From: an uncultured Acidobacteriota bacterium
GTDB taxonomy: Bacteria > Acidobacteriota > UBA6911
Direction: 5' to 3'
NCBI GenBank assembly: GCA_963809485.1
Contig: CAWEJX010000020.1
Coordinates: 544,001 to 608,000 of the forward strand
Length of the DNA stretch: 64,000 bases
Below, one piece after another: positions 32,076 through 41,606 of the stretch. Numbering within the stretch: position 1 is the stretch's first letter; each line of letters opens with the position of its first letter. The notes below the pieces were generated by a model. The model did no database searches, had not been told where the DNA came from, and saw only the letters and a list, made by a program, of their open reading frames with translations. The position numbers and the translations under genes are program-made.

Positions 32076-32564
32076 ATGAGTACGAATGAAAATCAATCGG
32101 TATCAGGTAGGAAGCCAATTAGGGGAGCAATGACTAGAGAACAATTTCTGGAATATATTGCCTGCTTTAACAGAAAGGATTTCGGTGCCGTTGCCAGTTA
32201 CTTCACCCCAACGATCACGGTGGAGTACTACGACAACGCTATAGGCCCCACAGTGCCGGCCCGGACGCTCCATGGCCCCCAGGAATTTATCGAAAGCTAT
32301 AAACAGCTTTCTTCCGTTGTTAAAGAAGTCCTGGAATTGCGCGATTTTATGTCAAGCGAAGACCGGGTGTTCGCCGAGCTTTATACCGAATTCCATCCTT
32401 TCAAGGATACGGAACCGGTTGTCGGACGGATACAGTGGAAAAAGGGGCAACCGGTTATTTCGACCAACTGGGTCCTGTACGAAATGGCGGACGGGAAAAT
32501 GAACCGAATCCGAATCGCGCATTGGAGGCTTCACGATCCAAAAACTGCGAAATTCAAAGAATGA
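32076..32564 (+). CDS. SnoaL-like / NTF2 family protein
   Basis: YIACFNRKDF, GPQEFIESY, VLYEMADGKMNRIRI. Confidence 0.75.
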   Translation: MSTNENQSVSGRKPIRGAMTREQFLEYIACFNRKDFGAVASYFTPTITVEYYDNAIGPTVPARTLHGPQEFIESYKQLSSVVKEVLELRDFMSSEDRVFAELYTEFHPFKDTEPVVGRIQWKKGQPVISTNWVLYEMADGKMNRIRIAHWRLHDPKTAKFKE

Positions 32565-32599
32565 TCTAATTGTACGATGCCCCTCGTATGTGGATTAGG

Positions 32600-32816
32600 A
32601 GTCAGGCACCTCCGGCTTTGCCGGAGGCTTGAAAGATTTGAACCGCTCAAAACGGTTGGAGGAGTTACGCCGGTCTTGAACGCTGACTTACGCGGGCAAA
32701 AGCCGAACAAATCGGCGTTTGTCAGCGCTTTTATCAGCGTTTCTCAGCGTTTCAAAATACGGAGCTGTCAAACTCTTTGAGTCCCCCGGCAGAGCCGGGG
32801 ATTTACCAATGTAATT
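32600..32816 (+). mobile_element. Palindromic element, shortest two-ended copy D
   Basis: Both termini; first hairpin loop TTT instead of AAA. Confidence 0.8.
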
Positions 32817-32920
32817 AGCTCTTAAGGGGATACCCCTGCAGGGGATCCATCCCGACAATAATGGCCCCTTTGTCGCGCATCGAGGCCCGGGGCGAAAACT
32901 CCCAATATCCACTTGACGGC

Positions 32921-33298
32921 TCAGTCAGGCAAGGCTTCCACGCGAATGCGCGCGCCGGCATGGACGCGGCGGAGTTGTGTCACATCGTCCAGCGCCCAGC
33001 CCCAGATATTTGTCGGCTCGACCAGGCGGATCTCAGTGCCTCGGGAAACCGGCGTCGGCCCGAAACCGATCGCGATGGAGTTCCCTGCCACCCAGAAAGC
33101 CAGTTCGCCGGGCTCCACCACGTCCCGGGCGTCCGGCTCGAGCTTCGCGGTCACCGGGGTTGAAAAATAGACTTCCTCGCCCCAAGTCTCCGCGCGAGAG
33201 TCCAACGGCAGCGCAGACCAAACTGCATCGGCGGTCGGCGTGCCGTACAACTCCGCATGGACGATCAAATCACCGATCGTCATTCTGAGTCTTCGCAT
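32921..33298 (-). CDS. Cyclophilin-like fold protein (DUF369/TM1367-like)
   Basis: TWGEEVYF, GELAFW..GNSIAIGFGPTP. Confidence 0.8.
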   Translation of the reverse strand: MRRLRMTIGDLIVHAELYGTPTADAVWSALPLDSRAETWGEEVYFSTPVTAKLEPDARDVVEPGELAFWVAGNSIAIGFGPTPVSRGTEIRLVEPTNIWGWALDDVTQLRRVHAGARIRVEALPD

Positions 33299-33323
33299 TC
33301 CATGCCCCCGATTCAAAAAAAAT

Positions 33324-33364
33324 GCCACGGATTTCATGGATTTAATGTCCATGAAATCCGTGGC
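33324..33364. repeat. REP-like perfect hairpin, probable terminator of the oxidoreductase operon
   Basis: GCCACGGATTTCATGGA-N7-TCCATGAAATCCGTGGC, followed by T-run on minus strand. Confidence 0.7.
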
Positions 33365-33393
33365 TGTGTTTTCACAGGATACATCCGCCGGAA

Positions 33394-34863
33394 CTAGACC
33401 AGCGCCCCAGCCTCGGGAGATACACCGTTCGGATCGATAGCCTGCTGGATCTTCTTCCACCACAGATGGAAGTTGGATAAACCCGGCCCCATTTGATCCA
33501 CCGGCCCCATCAACACCGCGAAGTAGCGCTCATTAAAGGCCCTCGCGCTCTGCTCTTTGCTCCAGGCCTCCACGGCGGCTTTCGCCTCCAGGTTCTGGGG
33601 ATCGAATTTGCAGAAAATCTCCGTTTTTCCCAGATGCCCCTGCTCGACGCCCCATCCGAAAAAGCCTCCGCCATCGTCCACGATCAGGCCTTTTTCTATC
33701 AGAGGCATCTTCGCTTTGCCGGCTCCCACGGCCCACCGGATGGTCAAATCCCGCTGTCCCATGACGGGAATAGAGCTGAAGGCTCCTCCGGGCCGGAAGG
33801 TCTCGCGGATCGAGGCGGAAATCCTCACGCACTGGCACATGATGATTCCCTCGGTCCTGGGATCCTCTATCGATTTCAGAGACTTCCCGCCGGCATCCTT
33901 GACGATCTGCTCGAGCGCCATTTTCTTATATTCGAAGTCGGCGGCCGAGTTGCCGGCCAATATCACGAAGAAACCAGGCCCCTGCACCTCCTGGCTCAAT
34001 TTCTTGAAGAGGGCCTCCTCTTCCTCATTGTTTTTGGCGATATTGGCGGCCACCATGGCCACGTTAAAGCCCATCAGTTCGAAGGCTATCTCGTTTTCAC
34101 CGAGCCTTATTTCAGCCTGCCACATCTTTTCCACCGACGGGAAGCTGTAATACCTCGCCATCATGTTCTTCGGTATTTCGCTCAGGGAATAATCCGGCGA
34201 TACCCCTTGCACGGGAAACTGCTTGGGGCCCGGCCAGTGATAGATCTTCAGCGCTGCCTTGGTGAACACGCCGGGCGTCACTCCCGGGGGCACGGCACTG
34301 GTCAGGATGGCCCTCAAGGATGGACCCGGTCCGTCGCCGCAGAACCACTCATCGGAGGATCCCAGCGAGCCGGATTTGACAATGTTCCCCTCCGGAGTGA
34401 CCCACTCGATCGCCAGGTGGTTGCGGTCATCGCCGCTTGTGGTTTGATCCAGATGCCCGTGTCCCCTGAGCATAGCCGCGCAGTTGGCCCCGGCCCCTTT
34501 GACATTCATGTGCAGCCCTCGCTTCATCAGCTCAGCCTGAAGCTGCGCGGTGATGACATAAGGCTCCACCACGGCATACATGTTCTTCTCGTTGATCTCG
34601 ATAATGCGGTTCATCCTCCTAAGATCGAGATAGACGATACCGGGAGGAAACATGCCCGTCCAGCCGGTGCATACAGCCCGCATTTTCAGCTTGTACTTGT
34701 TGCACAGCCTGACGATTGCCTGGACCTCGGCTGTGTTTCCCGGCAGGATTACCGCTGCGTGCTCGGTCGAGTGATACGAAGGCATGATGACCGGATCATC
34801 GCAGATATTTTCCTCTCCCACTACATCCTGGAAAGCCGCATAGATTTCCTTGCTCAAAGCCAT
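33394..34863 (-). CDS. FAD-binding oxidoreductase (PCMH/VAO-type FAD domain)
   Basis: ILPGNTAEVQAIVRLCN, DLRRMNRIIEIN, AVVEPYV, C-terminal IDPNG. Confidence 0.85.
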   Translation of the reverse strand: MALSKEIYAAFQDVVGEENICDDPVIMPSYHSTEHAAVILPGNTAEVQAIVRLCNKYKLKMRAVCTGWTGMFPPGIVYLDLRRMNRIIEINEKNMYAVVEPYVITAQLQAELMKRGLHMNVKGAGANCAAMLRGHGHLDQTTSGDDRNHLAIEWVTPEGNIVKSGSLGSSDEWFCGDGPGPSLRAILTSAVPPGVTPGVFTKAALKIYHWPGPKQFPVQGVSPDYSLSEIPKNMMARYYSFPSVEKMWQAEIRLGENEIAFELMGFNVAMVAANIAKNNEEEEALFKKLSQEVQGPGFFVILAGNSAADFEYKKMALEQIVKDAGGKSLKSIEDPRTEGIIMCQCVRISASIRETFRPGGAFSSIPVMGQRDLTIRWAVGAGKAKMPLIEKGLIVDDGGGFFGWGVEQGHLGKTEIFCKFDPQNLEAKAAVEAWSKEQSARAFNERYFAVLMGPVDQMGPGLSNFHLWWKKIQQAIDPNGVSPEAGALV

Positions 34864-34877
34864 GATTGGTCACCCCC

Positions 34878-36146
34878 TTATTGAATTGCCTGTTCGACGA
34901 GTTCGACGATATCGTAGACCTTCAGGTTGCTTCCGCTCCCCTGGACCGCTTCGTTGAAAGTCCGCTCGCACCAGGGACAGGCGGTAACAATCGCCTCGGC
35001 CCCTGTGGATCGGGCTTCCTCCAATCTCTCCTGCGCGGTCCACCCGGCGAATTCAGGATTTGAGTCGCGGACACCGCCGCCGGCGCCGCAACACCACGAG
35101 TATTCCTTGACCCTGGTCATTTCGCCAAATTTCAATCCCGGAATGCGCTTGAGGATACTCCTGGGCGGCTCATAAACTCCATGGCTGCCCCGCCGGTAAA
35201 TTTTGGGCGGATCGAAAACAAACCGGTCCCCCGGCTTCTTCTTGCCTTCCCAGTGTATCCACGGTTCACCCAGCCTGCCGAGCCGGCACGGGTCGTGATA
35301 CGTAACCGCGAGGTCGACCTTCCGGGACAGCTTCAGTTTGCCGCTCTGAACCAGGCTGTCGATGCATTCGGAAATATGGAGCACCTCGAGGTTGCCCTTC
35401 AGGCCGTACTGGTCATAAAGCACTTTGAAAGCCTGGTACCCGTCGGCACAGGCCGTCACGACGGTCTTAACGCCTGCTTCCTTGATCATGGCCATATTCT
35501 TTTTGGCCTGATTCAGGAAATCTTCTTTGTACCCCATCTGATAGGCCCGTCCGCCGCAGCATGTCTCGGCGTCGCCCGCGATACCGAAATTGACGCCCGC
35601 CTTCTGCAGGATCTTAGCGGTGGCCCTGGCCAGCTTCTGCATATTCTTATCGTAGCTGGTGAGGCAGCCGACGTGATAGAGAACATCCACTTTTTCCTTG
35701 GCAGCGTTCTTCAGGTTCAGGCCGGAAGCCCAGTCGCCCCTTTTGCCCGCCACCGGGACCATGGAGCCCTGCTGCCGGAGGCCGGCGATCACCTTGTCGA
35801 GCGCAGGACTCGTTTTGCCATCCTCGACACACTTGATCCGGAACTGCTGGATGGGCTCGGTGACTTCCATGTCCATGGCATAGTTGCAGGAAACACCGCA
35901 GGCGCCGCATACCTGGCAGTTGTACACTATGTGGAGAAGCTTGTCGCTGTATTTGAATCCGTCCTTCAGCATTGCCGCCCCGATATTTACGCGGCCGCCG
36001 CCTGAATAGCTGTGGAAATTGAATCTCGATATGCTGGGGCACACATTGGCAAACTGAAATCCGGCCACCTTTTGCAAGGGTATGAATTTGCAGGCTGAAC
36101 ACCGGCAGCACATCTCCATATCGCCTTTATACTGTTCAAGTCCCAT
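34878..36146 (-). CDS. Fe-S oxidoreductase with CCG domains (GlcF/HdrD-like)
   Basis: CCRCSAC, CQVCGACGVSC, ETCCGG, YHDPC, WCCGAGGG, TACPWC. Confidence 0.9.
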   Translation of the reverse strand: MGLEQYKGDMEMCCRCSACKFIPLQKVAGFQFANVCPSISRFNFHSYSGGGRVNIGAAMLKDGFKYSDKLLHIVYNCQVCGACGVSCNYAMDMEVTEPIQQFRIKCVEDGKTSPALDKVIAGLRQQGSMVPVAGKRGDWASGLNLKNAAKEKVDVLYHVGCLTSYDKNMQKLARATAKILQKAGVNFGIAGDAETCCGGRAYQMGYKEDFLNQAKKNMAMIKEAGVKTVVTACADGYQAFKVLYDQYGLKGNLEVLHISECIDSLVQSGKLKLSRKVDLAVTYHDPCRLGRLGEPWIHWEGKKKPGDRFVFDPPKIYRRGSHGVYEPPRSILKRIPGLKFGEMTRVKEYSWCCGAGGGVRDSNPEFAGWTAQERLEEARSTGAEAIVTACPWCERTFNEAVQGSGSNLKVYDIVELVEQAIQ

Positions 36147-36189
36147 ATTCGGAACCTCCTAGGATCATTGGGTAAAGAGTCCAGCTCTG

Positions 36190-37656
36190 CTAAAAGCAGA
36201 CTTTCCCCGGATTCATAATGTTGTTGGGATCGAAAATCTTCTTAAACTTGCCCAGAACGGCGACGCTGGCCGCGTCTCTGTTCAGAATCATTCCCGCAGT
36301 TTCGCCATACGGCCGTGAAAAGAAGGCACCCCGGGCCATCAAGCTTCGGGTCGCCGAAATTGTCAGCTCCTGCACTCGCTCGACCTCTCTCGAGTTGCGG
36401 AGATCGTAAAAAAGATTGAACTCGCAGTGGCAGCTTGTGCCCTGCACGATCGGCTGTATGTAAGCTCCCATATCGGAAATGGCATAACCCGACTTGTCGG
36501 CCAGCTCATCCATGGTCTCGATTTGACTTTGCACCTTGTCGTTGATGGTCAGGAAGAATACATCCTGGCAGGCTCCTTTGCCGCGAAGCTTCCAATAGGG
36601 CTCCCGGGAAGGTTTCCGCACCACCTTCAGGATCTCGTTCGCGGAAAGCCCGCCGACAGCTTTAGCCGGTTCTATCCCCAGGCGCTGGGTCAAATCCGTA
36701 ATGTCCTTCAGGTATGCGTTAACCCTTTCCTCGGGCTTAAACTCGTAGCCAGCCACCGTGTAGAAGAGAATCCATTCCGGCAGAGCATCCTTGAGCGCCT
36801 GATAATCCGCGGGCCATTTTTCCGCAAAAATGGCCGCCAGGTTGGTGTTGTTGAGTATGAAACATTCGTTGACCATTCTGAGCCGGATCAGCCAGGAGGT
36901 GAGATCAAGCAGCGTGCCGATTTTGGCGGAACCAACCACAAAAGGCTCCTCGAGACTGGGCAGCAGTTCGCATCTCATGGATGCCCACGTGACCAGGCCC
37001 ATTGTCCCCTGAGCCCCCTGGATCAGCCTGTGCCAGGATGCCGTGCCGGGCCCATAGGGCGCTTTTTGCAGGCCGCCGACTGCCCACTGCTCTTCAATGG
37101 TTCCCGGCCCTGCGGCCTGGCCGGTTCTGAACTCCTCCCCGGATCCGAAGAAAATCCCGGTGCAGGCCAGGGGGTCCGAGATATCCCATTGATACTTGGG
37201 CATGATCACGGGTTCCCTTTCGAGTATGCTGCCCACGACAGACTTGGATTGTCGCGGAAGCAGCGGCATGTTGAGCCTTAGACCTTCCTTCTCCGCCGCC
37301 GGTATCAGTTCACCGAAAGTGACGCCCGGTTCTACCATGGCAACCCGGCGCGGCCTGTCGACCAGGATGATCTTTTTCATACCGCTGAGATCCACGACAA
37401 CAGCCCCTCCGGTGCCCGGAACGGTATCGCCCCGGAAATGGGGCGGGCCTGAACTCACTGGCACCAGCGGCGTCCGAGTTTCATTGGCCAGCTTCATGAT
37501 ATTCTGTATTTGATCGGCGTTGGCCGCCTTGACCACACACGACGGTTTCATAGCGGTGATGAAGCTTATGTCTCTGGAATATGCGTCCAGCGTGGCCTGG
37601 TCGTAACTCACGTTACCGGCCCCCAAAATGTTTACCAGCTTCTCCTTTTCAATCAT
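36190..37656 (-). CDS. FAD-binding oxidoreductase (PCMH/VAO-type FAD domain)
   Basis: VVDLSGMKKI, VEPGVTF, GAQGTMGLVT, FDPNNIMNPGK. Confidence 0.85.
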   Translation of the reverse strand: MIEKEKLVNILGAGNVSYDQATLDAYSRDISFITAMKPSCVVKAANADQIQNIMKLANETRTPLVPVSSGPPHFRGDTVPGTGGAVVVDLSGMKKIILVDRPRRVAMVEPGVTFGELIPAAEKEGLRLNMPLLPRQSKSVVGSILEREPVIMPKYQWDISDPLACTGIFFGSGEEFRTGQAAGPGTIEEQWAVGGLQKAPYGPGTASWHRLIQGAQGTMGLVTWASMRCELLPSLEEPFVVGSAKIGTLLDLTSWLIRLRMVNECFILNNTNLAAIFAEKWPADYQALKDALPEWILFYTVAGYEFKPEERVNAYLKDITDLTQRLGIEPAKAVGGLSANEILKVVRKPSREPYWKLRGKGACQDVFFLTINDKVQSQIETMDELADKSGYAISDMGAYIQPIVQGTSCHCEFNLFYDLRNSREVERVQELTISATRSLMARGAFFSRPYGETAGMILNRDAASVAVLGKFKKIFDPNNIMNPGKVCF

Positions 37657-37883
37657 CCTTGCCCCCTTTCACTCGTAACCAGTCCGATTGGCACTGGCAA
37701 AAAAAGCAGATCCGCCTTCCTGTATGATGACGGCTTCCGTTTCAGACGGCGGATTGAAATTGTACAGCAGAACAGCCAGCCGGGATTCGAAATTGTTGCG
37801 TTCCTGTGCCTTCAAAGCCCTCCGTTGCGAAATCCCGGATACAAAAGGATCTCAAATCCGAAAACAACTGAAATTCCCGGATT

Positions 37884-38285
37884 AATTACATTGGTAAACC
37901 TCCGGCTCTGCCGGGGGACTCAAAGAGTTTGACAGCTCCGTATTTTGAAACGCTGAGAAACGCTGATAAAAGCGCTAACAAACGCCGATTTGTTCGGCGA
38001 GGGTCGGCGAGCAAAAGCCGATGAGGCGCTTCCGATGGAGTTTTCTGCGGCGGCACTGTGGCAAACGCCCGGTTTCTCATACCCTTCATCTCCTTGCCGC
38101 ACGGCGCTTGCCACAGTGCCGCCGCAGAAAACTGTCCAGCGCGGAGCGCTGGCCCCTGCGGGGATCGGAAGCGCCTCATCGGCTTTTGCCCGCGTAAGTC
38201 AGCGTTCAAGACCGGCGTAACTCCTCCAACCGCTTTGAGCGGTTTAAATCTTTCAAGCCTCCGGCTTTGCCGGAGGTACCTGACT
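37884..38285 (-). mobile_element. Palindromic element, full-length copy F (reverse orientation)
   Basis: 402 bp reverse complement of copy A with few substitutions. Confidence 0.8.
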
Positions 38286-38291
38286 CAAATC

Positions 38292-40088
38292 TCAGCCCGA
38301 CATCGGGCTCGCCTCCGCATATTTTCGGCTGAAATCCGGTATGGATGCCAGCTCGATATATCCTACGCGCGAGGCAATCTGCCGGGCAAGCGCACGCTGG
38401 CTGTCGGAAATGAGCGCCAGACGCGCTCCCGTCCCTGCCGCATTGCCGACCTGTTTGAAACGCTCCAGCGGCAGCGGAGGAAGCATGCCGATCGTTGTGG
38501 CGCTCTCCACGTCGATAAACGTTCCGAAGGCACCGGCGATAATGACGGTGTCGATCTGACCTTCAGTCAGGCCTGCTGCTTCCGCCAGCGTCCTTATGCC
38601 CAGGCGTATGGCGGCTTTCGCCAGCTGAAGCTCCCGCACATCCTTTTGGGAAACCGTAATCGCATCCTTCCCCGGGCGTTCCACGAGCACGAACTCCATC
38701 TGCCCGTCTGGATTGCGTACCCTCGGGTGCGGAGCCATCCGACCCGTGACGTCCAGGATATGGTTCAGCCGGAGCTGCGCCACGACGTCCAGCAAGCCGG
38801 ATCCGCAGATGCCGACCGCCGGTTCGCCGCCGATGGTCTGGACGTCCAGCCTGTCACCCGACAGGCGCACATGCTCGATGGAGCCGGGCGCGGCGCGCAT
38901 CCCATACTTGATGTGGGCGCCCTCGAAGGCCGGGCCGGAAGCGCAGGAAACGCTGGTCATCCTGCCGTTGTGGTTCAGGCATATTTCGGTATTGGTGCCG
39001 ATGTCGATGGCAAGCACCGTGGTTTGAAAATCGGCTATCTGCGCCGCCAGAAGCATGGCCACATGGTCCGCTCCGACATATCCCGCGATATTCGGCAACA
39101 GGTGCACATAGCCGCCCGGAGCGATGCGCAGTCCGATATCCCGGGCCTTGATATCCACCGCCGATCGAACTGCCGGCACATAAGGGGACATCCCCAGCTG
39201 AAGCACCGGCAATCCCAAAAACAGGTGATGGATGGCAGTATTGCCGACGACAACCGCTTCAACGATATCCGACGGGCTGGCTCCGATTTCGGCGCACAGG
39301 CCGGAGGAGGTCTGATTCAGAGCATCCACCAGCAGGGCCTGAAGCTTGGCCGCATTCGAGGGAGCTTTGCTGGCGGCATAGATGCGCGCGACCACATCCT
39401 CCCCATAAGAAATTTGCGGATTCATCAATCCTCTGGACCCGAGGGTTTTTCCGCTCTCCATATCCACAAGGTACGCGGCAATCTTTGTGGTGCCGATATC
39501 CACGGCCAGGCCAAGCCATCGCGTGGATGACGCACCCAACGCGACGATTTCGTTGCCGCGCAGAGCCACACACGCGTTCCAATCCGTCTCGCGCAGCCGC
39601 GTTGATAGAGTTTGCTGGACTCGCAAATCGATCAGCCCGGATGGCACTCCATGCCGCTGTGCCAGCGCGGCCCAGAGGTTCTGATCATCCGACTCCGGAA
39701 CTCCGAGAGAGGGGACCGCCGGCTGCACATTCAGCGTTCGCACGGGAGGTTCCGGTTTGACGGCAAGTTCCAGGCCCTCAACCTGGGTGCGTTGCGGAGC
39801 CGTCAGGGATTCCGGCAGAACGTGCACCGTCACATCGCTCCGGGGATAGGTCCGGCAGGCCAGGCGGAAGTTCTGCGACCGTTCGCTCTCCGTGAAGATG
39901 GATGCGTCTTCCGAAGTCCGTTCCGAGACCTCTCCGGATACAACCTGCACTTTGCAGTGGCCGCATGTGCCCGCCCCACCGCAAATGCTTACAAGGTCCA
40001 CATTGAGCTCGCGGGCGCATTCCAGCAGCGATTGATCTCCGGAGCATTCGCCACGACGTCCGACAGGCTGGAAATCTATATCAAACAA
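38292..40088 (-). CDS. ASKHA-domain reductive activator of corrinoid proteins (RACo/AcsV-like)
   Basis: N-terminal 2Fe-2S CGGAGTCGHC..RLAC, VDIGTT, IDIGTNTE, SGPAFEG, AGAFG, VGNAAG. Confidence 0.9.
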   Translation of the reverse strand: MFDIDFQPVGRRGECSGDQSLLECARELNVDLVSICGGAGTCGHCKVQVVSGEVSERTSEDASIFTESERSQNFRLACRTYPRSDVTVHVLPESLTAPQRTQVEGLELAVKPEPPVRTLNVQPAVPSLGVPESDDQNLWAALAQRHGVPSGLIDLRVQQTLSTRLRETDWNACVALRGNEIVALGASSTRWLGLAVDIGTTKIAAYLVDMESGKTLGSRGLMNPQISYGEDVVARIYAASKAPSNAAKLQALLVDALNQTSSGLCAEIGASPSDIVEAVVVGNTAIHHLFLGLPVLQLGMSPYVPAVRSAVDIKARDIGLRIAPGGYVHLLPNIAGYVGADHVAMLLAAQIADFQTTVLAIDIGTNTEICLNHNGRMTSVSCASGPAFEGAHIKYGMRAAPGSIEHVRLSGDRLDVQTIGGEPAVGICGSGLLDVVAQLRLNHILDVTGRMAPHPRVRNPDGQMEFVLVERPGKDAITVSQKDVRELQLAKAAIRLGIRTLAEAAGLTEGQIDTVIIAGAFGTFIDVESATTIGMLPPLPLERFKQVGNAAGTGARLALISDSQRALARQIASRVGYIELASIPDFSRKYAEASPMSG

Positions 40089-40342
40089 TGAAATTCTCCT
40101 TTACTTTGGAGATGAACACATACCGGACTGTTTACAGCAGGAAGGTACTATCTTATATCCCATTTGACCCGAAATGGGAACCAAAACCCCCAGCGGCATC
40201 AGCGGCGCCATGCCGGATGCCCGAGGAAAGCGGAAAGCCCACGGGAGGTGAAAGACCTTGCATAAAAATTATTGATGTGTGCGCCAAAGACGGCGGTTTC
40301 ATCATGTCGGTCAGATGTCCGATGGACGACGCCAGGGCTGAG

Positions 40343-40587
40343 AGACAGGTACCGGCAAAGCCGGAGGCTTGAATGATTTGAACCGCTCAAAGCGGTTGGA
40401 GGAGTTACGCCGGTCTTGAACGCTGACTTACGCGGGCAAAAGCCGATGAGGCGCTTCCGATCCCCGCCCCTCGCCGAACAAATCGGCGTTTGTCAGCGCT
40501 TTTATCAGCGTTTCTCAGCGTTTCAAAATAAGGAGCTGTCAAACTCTTTGAGTCCCCCGGCAGAGCCGGGGGTTTACCAATGGAATC
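40343..40587 (+). mobile_element. Palindromic element, intermediate-length copy G
   Basis: Both termini slightly eroded; retains one arm of the middle palindrome. Confidence 0.78.
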
Positions 40588-40770
40588 ATAAGGCCATGAG
40601 CGACTTCACCTGCAAATATGGCGTCTACCGATCGCCCGCAGCTCTCACAGCTTTCACCCTGCAAGGCCCCAGGCGGACAGAGATGATCTCCAGAGCCGTA
40701 CGGTGAGCGAATGCCTGGTTGTGGCTTCAAAACCACTGCCCCGAAAGGGTTGAGGCGCGGGCAGGGGCAC

Positions 40771-41547
40771 TTAGTTCCCCAGGAGCCGGCGGCAGAATTC
40801 CGCTGTCCCGGATGGGATGCTGCGCGGATCTTTGATCTTTTCCATTTCCGCAACAATGGCGCTGCCCACAACAGCTCCATCGGAGATTTCCCAGACCGAC
40901 CGCACCTGCTCCGGGCTGGATATGCCGAATCCGACGGCGACCGGAAGCTGTGTGTGCTGCCGTACACGTTCAACGGTCGGAAGTATGGAGGCAGACAATT
41001 CCTGCCGGGCTCCGGTGATTCCCGTGCGGGAAACCACATAAACGAAGCCGCGCGAGCATTGCGCGATCCTGGCGATACGCTTCGCGCCGCTGGTCGGCGC
41101 TGCCAGGAATACGCAATCCAAATCATGCTTTTCCATGCACTCGCGATACTCATCGCTCTCCTCGGGAGTCATGTCCGTCACCAGCACCCCGTCGATTCCC
41201 GAAGCCCGGGCGTCGCGCGCCAGGTCTTCAAGTCCGTACCGGAAGATCGGGTTGAAATAGCTGAAAAGGAGCATCGGCACGTCCGTCTGCTCCCTGATTT
41301 TCCTGACGGCTCCGAGGTAATCCGGAAAACCATATCGATGACGCAGGGCTCGGGCAACGGCGCGCTGGATGGTCGGCCCGTCAGCGACCGGATCGGAAAA
41401 AGGTATGCCCAGTTCGATCACGTGAGATCCTGCGCGCTCGAGTTCCGGCACAAGCCGCACCGTTGTCTCAAGGTCGGGATCCCCCGCCACAATAAAAGGG
41501 ATGAAGGCCTTTTCCCCGCGCGCCTTGAGCATCCTGGAACTTTTCAC
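40771..41547 (-). CDS. trpA: Tryptophan synthase alpha chain (possible 1-nt frameshift near the start; see findings)
   Basis: IELGIPFSDPVADGPTIQ, VSRTGITG, VGFGIS, DGAVVGSA. Confidence 0.95.
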   Translation of the reverse strand: MKSSRMLKARGEKAFIPFIVAGDPDLETTVRLVPELERAGSHVIELGIPFSDPVADGPTIQRAVARALRHRYGFPDYLGAVRKIREQTDVPMLLFSYFNPIFRYGLEDLARDARASGIDGVLVTDMTPEESDEYRECMEKHDLDCVFLAAPTSGAKRIARIAQCSRGFVYVVSRTGITGARQELSASILPTVERVRQHTQLPVAVGFGISSPEQVRSVWEISDGAVVGSAIVAEMEKIKDPRSIPSGTAEFCRRLLGN

Positions 41548-41606
41548 CTATCCTCCGGGTCATGATGGCTCCTGTCGATTCGAAATGCGGGATTCGAAAT
41601 TTGAAA

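Noticed and set aside
40089-40342. Cobalamin riboswitch upstream of the corrinoid activator
   Set aside because: No recognisable B12-box or conserved core on the minus strand
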